Positions 55,132 through 64,000 of a stretch of 64,000 nt of DNA are shown piece after piece. Position 1 is the first letter of the stretch; each line of letters opens with the position of its first letter. The DNA comes from an uncultured Actinomycetota bacterium (GTDB lineage Bacteria; Actinomycetota; Actinomycetes; Propionibacteriales; DAIQRJ01). The translations under genes and the position numbers were made by a program. Location of the stretch: NCBI GenBank assembly GCA_963708795.1, contig CAVPUH010000006.1:34705-98704 (forward strand), read 5' to 3'. The notes below the pieces were generated by a model that worked only from the letters and a program-made list of their open reading frames with translations, had not been told where the DNA came from and did not search any database.

Positions 55132-55891
55132 TCAGGTGTTCGGCCCGATGATGCTGAACGCGGCGCCGGTCGGATCCGTCACCTTCGCCAGGCGCCCGAA
55201 CGGCGTGTTCGTCGCGTCGGCAGTGACGGTTCCGCCCGATGCGATGACGGTGGCGGCCGACGCGTCGGTGTCGGCGACCGCGAAATACACCGTCCACTGC
55301 GAGCCGGCGTCTTCCGCTCCGTCCATGATCCCGGCGAGCGCGTCGTCGCCTTCGCCCAGCGTCGTGTACTTGAAGTCCGGGGTGTCGCTCATCGTGTGCG
55401 CGTCCCAGCCGAAGACGTCGCGGTAGAAGGCGATCGCGGTCTCGTAGCCGGTGGTGTGGAGTTCGAACCAGGCAGGCGTGCCCGGCTCAGCGAGGACGCC
55501 GAACCCCTGGTGCGAGTCCGGTTGCCAGACGCCGATGGCCGCGCCGGTCGGGTCTCCCGAGCAGGCCCATCGACCCGTACGGGCCGACCTGCATGGGCTC
55601 GACGTAGACCGTCGCACCGTGCTCGGCAGCGGCAGCGTTCGTCTTCACGGCGTCGTCGGTGGCCAGGTAGGTGTTCCAGCCGTCGGGTGAACCGCTCGAG
55701 CCGTCGTTGTGCATGCACCGGCGACCCGCACCCGTCCTTCCCGAAGTTGAAGTAGCCGCCGAACTCCTCGGTTGCCTCCTCCCCGTCCAACCGAACAGCT
55801 CGGCGTAGAACGAGCGAGCCTTGTCGGTGTCGGAGCTGAACAGGTCGATCCAGCACGGAGCGCCGAGCGGCGCTGTTTCGCGACGGGGCAT
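55132..55891 (-). pseudogene. two-domain VOC family protein, at least 3 frame breaks (near 55780, 55730, 55570)
   Basis: The segments PCWIDLFSSDTDKARSFYAELFGWT, EEFGGYFNFGKDG, MHNDGSSGSPDGWNTYLATDD..VYVEPMQVGPYG and GDPTGAAIGVWQP..WFELHT..FYRDVFGW.. are spread over three frames. Confidence 0.65.
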
Positions 55892-55960
55892 GACGTTCTC
55901 CTCAGTAGGTTTTCGCGACGCGATGTGCGTCGGGGATTGGACCGGCGGCCTGCGTCGAAC

Positions 55961-57041
55961 TCATCGGTCGATCGCGATCGCATCGTCGATGGCGGCGAGC
56001 ACCGTCCGCTTCGTCGTGTCGCTTGCGAAGGAGTAGCGCACCGCCGCCCGCGCGAGGTCGGCGAGTTCGGACCGGTCGAGACCGAAAGTGGTGCCCGCGA
56101 TGAGGTACTCGTGGGACAGGGTGGTGTCGAACATGCCCGGGTCGTCGGAGTTCAGGGTGACCGGCACGCCGGCCGAGCGCAGCAGAGCGAACGGATGCTC
56201 GTCCAGGGATGCCACGGCGCGAGTGCAGACGTTCGAAGTCGGGCAGACCTCGAGCGGCAGGTCGTGCTCGGCCAGATGGTCCATCAGCTCGCGATCCTGG
56301 GCAGCCGAGATCCCGTGCCCGATCCGCACGGCGCCCAGAGCTCGGATCGCATCCCAGATCGTCTGCGGCCCCGTCGTCTCGCCCGCGTGCGGTACCGACT
56401 TCAGGCCGATGGCGCGAGCGCGGGCGAACACCTCGGCGAACTGCGGGCGCGTGACCCCGATCTCGGGACCGCCCAGCCCGAAGCCGACGCTGCCCACGGG
56501 GGCCCAGCGTTCGACCCAGTCGATGGTCCGCTCCCGACACCAGCCGCTCGACCGGGGATGTCGAACACCAGGCGATTCGATGCGGTTCTCGCGTGCCGCC
56601 CGGTCGCGAGCGCTGGTCAGTGCCTCCGCCACCCCGTCGGCTCGATCCCCATCAGCAGATGCGAGTCGGCGTCACGGTGAGCGGCATAGCGGACGTTCTG
56701 AGCTGCGAGTCCGCTCGCCACGCCGACCACGAGATCCTCCACGTCGGAGGCTGTGCGGACGACGAGTTCACGGCGATGTACACGTCGATGAAGTGGGCGA
56801 AGTCGCTGAAGCGGTAAAGCGCGAGGAGCTCCCGCTCGTCGACCGGACACCGCCGTCGGGATGCCGGCGGGCCAGGTCCAGACGGTCGACAACGGCGCCG
56901 ACCGACGAGATGCACGTGCCACTCGGCCTTCGGCAGCTCGTGGACGAACGTCGACAGGTCGACCGGGTCCGCAATGCTGTTGCGCACTCGGGTGATTGTG
57001 CGTGCCGAGGTGCCGACCGCAGCCGGGATCGCTAGGGTCAT
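55961..57041 (-). pseudogene. add: adenosine deaminase, at least 5 frame breaks
   Basis: The segments LPKAEWHVHL, ..LLALYRFSDFAHFIDVY.., ..ASDVEDLVVGVASGLAAQNVRYA.., SVPHAGE and VTLNSDDP are distributed over three frames. Start is ATG 57041 or GTG 56987. Confidence 0.8.
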
Positions 57042-57045
57042 CGGG

Positions 57046-57878
57046 GTGTCGACCCCCGCAGGCGTGTCCGTCCGGCTCCAGCGCGTGGGGCTCGACGGCT
57101 GCGGCGGCCGGTCGACGACGGCCGTCTCCACCTCACCGCGAGCACCATGAGGCTCGTCGTGCTGTTCAGCTATCTCGAAGCGGTCGACGACGGTCGCGTC
57201 GATCCCGCTACGACATCCGTGTGCACAGCGACTTCCGTCCGCGACGGCATCCACCGCTTCGACGTCAGTGAGGGAGGACGAGAGGACGATCTCGCTCCGT
57301 GGCGACCGTCTGCGCCGCTCCAGTGGTTGGTCGAGCGGATGGTGACGCGATCGTCGAAATCTCGCCACCGATCTCGTCATCGAGGCGGTCGGGCTGGACC
57401 GGGTGGTCGAGCGGGCACAGCTGTGCGACCCCGACTTCCGTGTGCGTCGGTGGATCGACGACGCTTCCTGCCATCCGGGCTGGAATCCTCAACCAGGTCA
57501 GCGCTTCCGCCCTTGCGACGACCTTCCATGCGCTGGCAGCGGGCACCGCGCTACCCCGGCCCAGCCTCGGCGGCCGTGACCCTGCTCGCGGCCAACACGT
57601 GGAACGACGAGATCCCGGCCGGGTTGCCGCCGGGGACACGGGTGGCGCACAAGAACGGGTGGGACGACGGCATCCGCCACGACGCCGGGATCGTCTTCCC
57701 CGACGATGCACCGGCCTACGTTCTCGTCGTGCTGACAACCGGGCTGGCCGACAGCGTCGCGCAGCCGCTGATCGCCGACGTCTCCGCCTGGTCGTGGGCA
57801 CACCGCGACGAGCTGGACGGCCGCGTAGAGCTACCTGCTGACCTGGCGGAGCGGCTCGGACAGCCGCCGGCCGGCTGA
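57046..57878 (+). pseudogene. class A beta-lactamase-related serine hydrolase, at least 4 frame breaks
   Basis: The segments ..HLTASTMRLVVLFSYLEAVDDGRVD.., ..NLATDLVIEAVGLDRVVERA.., ..ILNQVSASALATTFHALAAG.. and ..IPAGLPPGTRVAHKNGWDDGIRHDAGIVF.. lie in different frames. Start is approximate. Confidence 0.55.
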
Positions 57879-58745
57879 CACCGGCGACGACGCTGATCGG
57901 GCCAGGGCGTCAGGAAGGCCACACGCGGTGCACGAGCCGCTTGATCTTGGATTCGACAACGCGCGCCGGGCCGCGGAGCTGCTCGGATTTCGCACCGCGC
58001 GGTAGCCGATCCGCCCGACCGAAGCCCCGATATCGCGCCACCCGGCGGGCTTGGCGTCGAGGTCGAGACTGAACCGCTCGACCACCTTGTCGACGCGTCG
58101 AAGCGGCAGCCCGTTCACCCGGTTCGCAAGATTGCCCCCGTGGATGTATTGCAACCACAGCGGCTCGCCCGCACCGATCTCGAGGCAGCGGCCGTGTTTG
58201 CCGAGCGAATAGTGCTGATCGACGAAGATCGACCGAGGGTCGTCGCCCGGTTCCAGAAGCGAGATGAACGCGTTCCACGGCCACGGGCGGCGGTAGAGCA
58301 GCCTGCCGTCGAACTGGACTCCGTACGTCGGGTTCAAGAACACGGGTGCCTGGTCGGACAGCTCCTCCGCCGACTGCCGGATCGTCGCCATGAAGTCCCG
58401 GGCGAGCGCGTCGTCGTTGTCGACGCGCGTGGTCAGGATGGAATCCACGTCGGGCCAGCGGAGCCGCAGCTGTTCGCGCACGTGGGCGACGTCGAACACC
58501 TCGGCGATGAAGACCGGGACGAAGACCTGCTCGTGCTGACTCAGGATGTCGATGCGCTCACGTTGGCTCGGGTTCGTGGACTCGTCGAAGAACACCAACC
58601 AGGTGAAGTCGCGACTGCTCTGCCCCAGCACGGATGACAGCAGCGTCCGTTCGAAGAGCGCCAGGCGGTCGTCGGTCCAATGCGAGTCGCCGTGAGCGTG
58701 GAACGGCAGCTGCACGTTGAATCGCGTCAGCAGGACGTGCTGCAC
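57831..58745 (-). CDS. glycosyltransferase (putative rhamnosyltransferase-family)
   Basis: GTG 58745 within ORF 57831..58814. HVLLTRFNV..W..RLALFERTLLSSVLGQSSRDFTWLVFFDE resembles the Rhamno_transf family as I recall it. The 3' tail overlaps the convergent gene, so the end is uncertain. Confidence 0.5.
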   Translation of the reverse strand: MQHVLLTRFNVQLPFHAHGDSHWTDDRLALFERTLLSSVLGQSSRDFTWLVFFDESTNPSQRERIDILSQHEQVFVPVFIAEVFDVAHVREQLRLRWPDVDSILTTRVDNDDALARDFMATIRQSAEELSDQAPVFLNPTYGVQFDGRLLYRRPWPWNAFISLLEPGDDPRSIFVDQHYSLGKHGRCLEIGAGEPLWLQYIHGGNLANRVNGLPLRRVDKVVERFSLDLDAKPAGWRDIGASVGRIGYRAVRNPSSSAARRALSNPRSSGSCTACGLPDALARSASSPVSAGRRLSEPLRQVSR

Positions 58746-58872
58746 GGCCGGTCCTCTCTCAGCGGGTGACCCTCGCCGACGGCGGTGCCTGCGGGTCGAC
58801 GCACGACAGCGCATGCATCGAGGCGGTCACGGGCTTCACCGTTGGCTGCCGCCAGGGCCGACCGCCGCCCCG

Positions 58873-59739
58873 TCAGCCCTGGCGGTAGCTGACGAAGGCG
58901 AACGACGACGAGTCGGGCGACCAGGACGGCACGTTGATCGTGCCCTGCCGCCCGAACAGCTCGCACAGGTCGCTGATGGCGCCGGGCTCGCCCGAACTGA
59001 GGTCGAGGAGCCGCAGCCGTACCGTCTGACCGCCGGGGTGCCCGGTGACGCCGGAGTCGTAGGACAGCAGCACGATCCATCGACCATCGGGCGAGGGGTG
59101 CGGGAACCAGTCCGCATAGGCGGGATCGGCGGTCACCTGGCGTTGGTGCGACCCGTCCGCGTCCATGGCCCAGATCTTCATGACGCCGGTCCGGGCACTG
59201 TTGAAGTAGATCGTGCCTCCGTCAGGTGAGTAGTCCGGGCCGTCGTCAGGCGCCGGATGATCGGTCAGCCGCCGGGGTGTATCCGCGGCCCCCGGGTCGG
59301 CCGCCACGGCATAGACGTCGAACTGTCCGTCGTGCGCGCCGACGTACGCCAGCGTGGAGCCGTCGGGTGACCACCCGTGCCAGTACGACGGCCCGGTCGC
59401 CGTGATGCGTCGGGGCTCGCCACCCTCGGCCGGCAGCACGAAGACGATCGACGCACCGTCGACCTGATTGCTGATGGCGATCATGGTGCCGTCCGGGGAG
59501 TACCCGTGATCGTTGTTGCATGCGGTCGCGAACCCGGTGTCCAGCGGCTCGAGGGTCGGTTCGTCCAGCAGGATCCGGAAGAGGCGGCCACCGCCGTTGA
59601 CGAGCAGATGCGCACCGTCGCGCGACCAGTTCGGCGCCTCTATGTGCCGGTCGGTCTCGAGGAGCGTGCGCCGGCTGCCGGTCGCGAGATCGAAGATCTC
59701 GACCACGCTGGTCAGTGGTGCTGACGTCGATGAGGTCAC
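58873..59739 (-). CDS. TolB-like beta-propeller protein (PD40 repeats), no signal peptide
   Basis: ORF 58873..59739. Repeated SPDG/SRDG motifs (YSPDGTMIA, WSPDGSTLAY, YSPDGGTIYF, PSPDGRWIV, WSPDSSSFAF). Confidence 0.7.
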   Translation of the reverse strand: MTSSTSAPLTSVVEIFDLATGSRRTLLETDRHIEAPNWSRDGAHLLVNGGGRLFRILLDEPTLEPLDTGFATACNNDHGYSPDGTMIAISNQVDGASIVFVLPAEGGEPRRITATGPSYWHGWSPDGSTLAYVGAHDGQFDVYAVAADPGAADTPRRLTDHPAPDDGPDYSPDGGTIYFNSARTGVMKIWAMDADGSHQRQVTADPAYADWFPHPSPDGRWIVLLSYDSGVTGHPGGQTVRLRLLDLSSGEPGAISDLCELFGRQGTINVPSWSPDSSSFAFVSYRQG

Positions 59740-59784
59740 GATCGTCCAGTCTGGTCCCTCCGCGGTGTCGACGCCGCGTGCACG

Positions 59785-62700
59785 TCACTTCTCGTGACGA
59801 CGTCGGCCGCGTCCGGCCCAGCTCAGGGCGACGCCGACGGCAAGCAGTGCGATGGCGGCGATGCCCACCGGCAGGAGGATCCGGTCGCCCGTAACGGGCA
59901 GGGGTGGCGCGGACCCGTCCAGCGGTGGCGCAACGCCGGCGGACGACGCCGAGGCGGTCGCACCCGCGCTGGTGGCGGGCGTCGACAGCCGGGTCGGCGT
60001 GGCGATCGGGACGACGGTCGGCGACTCCGATGGTGACGCCGACGGTGTGGCTGTCGGGGTGGCCGATGGTGTGGCAGTCGGGGTGGCCGATGGTGTGGCT
60101 GTCGGCGTCGCCGTCGGCGGCTCGGTCGGATCCACGGTCGGCGTCGGCGTCGGCGTCGACGACACCGCGACGACCACCACCGTGGCGGTCGCGGTCAGCG
60201 AACGGATCGTCGAACATGTCGTCGCCACCGTTCCGGGACGTCCGTGATCGGTTCCGGCGTCAGCGTCGGGCACACGGTGGAAGCCTCCGCGACCGCGGAG
60301 TTGACGACCTGGCCGGCAGCGACGTCGGCGGCGGCGACGAGCCGGACCGGCAGGGTACAGGCGAGGGAGGTGCCGGGTGCGAACATGCCCGCCGGACACG
60401 TCACCGCACCGGCCGACGGGTCGTCGACCTGTGGGTCGTGCAACGTCGTGGTTCCGTCGTTGGTGAGTTCGAGCGTCCACGCGATGCTGTCACCGACGCT
60501 GACGTGCCCGTCCGCATCGAGGTCGGTGGCCAGCCCGGTCTTCGTGAGGCCCAGCAACGCCGAACGAACCGCGGTCACGATCGTCGAGACGCGTCGGAGT
60601 CGACCGGGCCGTCACCGGCGCCGGCCAGATGGACGGCGGTCAGCGCGCCTGCGTCGATGTCGCCCTGTGTGAGGGCGTATCCGGCCGTGCAGGTCACGCT
60701 CGCCCAGGTGCGACCGGGCCAGGCGGGCAGCCGGGCAGCGGTGCGGCTCCGGTCCCCGAGAACGCGACGGGGACCACTGACACGTCCCGGACGGTCACGT
60801 TCCCGGAGTTGGTCACCTCGTACGCGTAGCCCACCACCTCGCCGACGCGCGTGACCGGCACCGGATCGGCGGTGACGGTCAGGCGCAGGCTCCGGGTCTG
60901 CTCCGCTTCGACCGTCACCGACGACGCGGCGGACACGACCTCGGGCTGCGCGACAGTTCGCCCGATCGCTGTGGCGGTGTTGACGATCTGGCCCGCGTCG
61001 AGGTCGGCCTGGGTGACGGCATAGGTCGCCGTACACGTCGTCGAGTCGGCCAACCCCAGGGAAGCGCGCGGGCAGGTCACGTCCGGGGGCGATTCCGACC
61101 CGCTGAACCCGACTGCTGCGACAGCGACGTCCGTGAGCGTCACGTTGCCGATGTTCGTGACGAGGTAGGAGTAGGAGATCGGCTCGCCCACCAGGTCGAC
61201 GCCGGTCGGGTCGGCCGTGAGGAACACGGCGAGCTGCGGCGCCTGATCGACCGTGACGACGACCGTCTGGGGCTCGGACATCGTCGGGATCGCCGCGGCC
61301 ACCAGGGCGACCCGCCGTCCCGGCGCCGGCGATCCGGAGACGGCCTCCGCCACGGCGGTGTTGACGACCTGACCGGCGTCCAGGTCATCACGCGTGATGC
61401 GGTACGTCGCGGTGCAGGTGGTGGTCGTCGCAGGCGCCAGCGCCGTGTCGGCGCAATCGGGCGCGGGCACGTCGCCCGAGCCCGTGAAGGCGATGGCGGA
61501 CACGCCGACGTCGACGAGGCCCACGTTGCCGGTGTTGGCGACGAGGTAGGTGTAGGTGACGACGTCGTCGAACGCTGCGACCCGGCCCGGGTCGACGGTG
61601 AGGACGAGGGACAGCGCGGGTACTTGATCGACTGCCACCGTCGTGCTCGCCCCCTCGGATTCGACGGCAGAGTCGTTGGGCGCCTGCCCGGCGGCCTTCC
61701 GGGTGTCGATGACCTGCCCCGCGTCGAGGTCCGCCTGCGTCACCCGATAGGTGGCCGTACACACCATCGAGCGGTTCGGTGCGAGCCGGCTCAGCGGGCA
61801 GTCCGCAGCGGGCACCGACCCGGTCCCGGTGAAGGACGTCGCGTCGACGGCGATCCCGGACACGGTGACATTGCCATCGTTGGTGACGACGTAGCGGTAG
61901 CTGACGACGTCGCCGACCGCGGCGACCACCGTCGGCACGACGTCGGCCGACAGCGAAAGTGCCGCGGCCTGATCGACCTGCACCCGCGCGGTCGACGAGG
62001 CCGACACGACGGCTGCGTCGGTGAGTGACCGGCCGGTGGCGGTGGCCGTGTTGGCGACCTCGCCGGCGTCGAGGTCGGGCTGGGTGACGCGATAGGAGGC
62101 CGTGCAGGTGAACGACTCGGCCGGAGCCAGTGTTCCGGCCGCCGATCCACAGTCGGGAACGGGCACGACACCTGACCCGGTGAACGTCCCCTCGGCCACG
62201 GCGACGTCGCTGAGCACCACGTTGCCGGAGTTCACCACCGTGTACGAGAACGTGACCTCGTCGCCGACGTGCGTGACGGTCGTCGGCGCCACGGTCTTGG
62301 TGATTGTGAGCTCAGGTGACGCCGGTGGTATCGCGAAGACCGCGACCTGCGGGTCGTGGTCGGACTCCTGGTCCGCGAACTCCGCGTTCACGTGCACCGA
62401 GTCGTAGCCGACGGCCACGTCCGCCAGCGCCGACGACGCGAAGATGCTCGAGAGGGCCTCGGAGTTCCCGCGGTAGTCGTAGGTGTACCGCTCGGCAGCC
62501 GGCAGCCCCGACATCAGGTTGCTGAGAACCGTTGCGCCGGGTGGGCCGGCGAGAGTCTGCAGAGCAGCGGAGTACGGGTAGTCGTTGAAGTCGCCGAGCA
62601 CCGCCACGTTCGCCCGACCGTCGGCGCCGAGGATGTCGTTCACGAACCCGTTGACGACGGCTGCCTGGGCGATCCGTCACGGCGTCGGTCGGCGTCGACG

Positions 62701-64000
62701 GGGGCTGGACGGAACCGTACAGCGGGTCGTCGGCGAGCTTGCTGGTGAGGTGCACGGCGATGACGAAGAGCGACTGATCGGCGTAGGTGAACTGAGCCGC
62801 GAGCGGTTTGCGGCTGCCGGCGAACGCGGTCGACGTGGGATCGACGAGCCCGGGTGACAGGCTCAGGTTCGCTCCGGTTGCCGACCTCCTGACCGTCGTC
62901 GCCGTGCCCGCGTCGCCGCCAGGGCGCGACACGAACGTGAGGCCGCGATCGCTGCGATACAACAGGACCGTGCGGACGTTCGCCCCTGCGGCTCCCCCAT
63001 CGGCGCCCACCACCGGGTCGATCTGCGCGACCGAGTAGGTCGGCCCGCCGGCTGCACTGATCGCGCTGAGGAGCTTGGCGATCGTCGCGGCCGCGCCGGC
63101 GCCGCCGGTGGCCGCCGCGCCGTTGTCGTCCTGGATCTCCTCGAGGGAGACGAGGTCAGGCGAGCGCAGGTTCGTCACGAGAATCGCCGCGGTGCGGGCG
63201 AACCGGCTTTGTGGGTCGACGGCGCTCAAGTTGCGCACGTTGTACGTAGCGGTCGTGAGCTGGCCGGGTACGGCCGGGGCCGTCACCTCTCGGGTGATCC
63301 CGCCGCTGACGATCGTGGGCACGGCGGTCGGCAGCAGGAGGTACTCGCCGTCCGCGTAGTCCAGCGGACCGACCACCCGGCCACGAAGCGAGTCGCCCAC
63401 ATCAGCGGACGGCATCGCGCCGGCGAGGAGCTCGTCGTCGAGACTCACCCGCTCCGGATTCGCGTCGGCGGCCGTCCGCAGGATCCCGCCGCGAGCGGTG
63501 CGGGTCGAACTGCCGGATGGCACGACGACGAGACGTCCCGAAGCGGTCGGACCGACCACCTGGGCGTCCTCCACGGCCACGGACATGCCTTCGAGCGACT
63601 CGTCGAAGTCGATCCCGTCGGCGCCGGGGTCGTACGAGGCGAAGGCGTCGTCGTCGATCACCTGCGCCGGCGGCACCCGGCCGCCCGGGCCGATCAGGGT
63701 GGACCCGACCGGCGTCCCGGCGCCGAGCCTGGTCACGGTGGCCGACCGCAACTCGGTGACCGTCAGACCATGGTCGGCCGGCGCGCCCGGCTGGTTCTCC
63801 ACCACTGTCGCGTCCACGGCGACGATGTCGCCGACGGTGAGCCCCGTGGGCGTGGCCCGGACCAGGATGCCGTCGCTGGTGAGCACCGACCCGTCACCGG
63901 TCGGGTCCTGTATCCAGAAATGATCCGGCGCGAGCGCGGTCACGACTCCGGACACGCGCCGAACGATCGTGCCGACGAGCGGCGAGGTGTGGCCGGCACC
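59785..64000 (-). pseudogene. LPXTG-anchored ExeM/NucH-type extracellular nuclease (EEP domain + DUF7507-like repeats), 5' end beyond window, frame breaks near 62650, 60700, 60585, 60240
   Basis: N-terminal ..VTALAPDHFWIQDPTGDG.., EEP motifs LVSLEEIQDDNG, VLGDFNDY and SDHDP. About six ~105-aa repeats (..VTN.GNV.L.DV...C..TYxVTQADLDAGxVxNTA). A PT linker is followed by LPVTG, a TM segment and RGRRRHEK. Confidence 0.8.
60041..60112 (-). repeat. 3 x 24-nt coding tandem repeat (ATPTATPS linker)
   Basis: GA(C/T)GGTGTGGC(T/A)GTCGGGGTGGCC occurs at 60041, 60065 and 60089, with the third copy diverged at its end. It encodes the Pro/Thr stalk before the LPXTG signal. Confidence 0.8.

Noticed and set aside
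57100-57115. Active-site SxxK to SxxR change (STMR) in the class-A beta-lactamase-like gene
   Set aside because: The gene carries at least four frame breaks in a region of doubtful sequence quality, so a single-codon interpretation is not justified.

Overview
High-GC actinobacterial chromosome segment. The left 10 kb is the conserved block pgsA, DUF881, small basic protein (DUF1290), DUF881, gcvH, garA-like FHA protein, MerR (FtsR-like), DUF151 nuclease, MerR, glycine riboswitch, gcvP. This is the same gene order as M. tuberculosis Rv1822-Rv1832. The other 54 kb is accessory or metabolic. It holds two ArsR-SRPBCC modules, a PIG-L deacetylase, PmbA/TldD, an SbcD/SbcC-like nuclease-ATPase pair and a three-gene ABC-2 exporter. 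It also holds MarR translationally coupled to a single-chain (TMD-NBD)x2 ABC exporter, plus many small oxidoreductases and hydrolases. Further right are a HelD/HelR-type helicase behind an RAE-like palindrome, a short UvrA paralogue next to VOC-fold proteins and an AraC regulator, and a phospholipase-C-type phosphoesterase. The right end carries TolB-like beta-propeller proteins, serine hydrolases, adenosine deaminase and an LPXTG-anchored ExeM/NucH-type nuclease of at least ~1400 codons that runs off the right edge. I recognised no rRNA, tRNA, CRISPR array, cas gene, transposase or integrase. Three observations stand out. (1) An 81-82-bp hairpin-containing repeat family occurs in two clusters of opposite orientation (24.7 kb and 39.7-40.1 kb). 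(2) An RAE-like palindrome plus helR sits beside other target-protection or sequestration-type genes. (3) About 35 reading-frame breaks are strongly clustered, with none in four stretches of 7-12 kb and at least 12 within 55.1-57.9 kb, and several sit in homopolymer runs. I found no clearly novel multi-gene system. All family assignments come from motifs read in the translations and were not checked against any database.
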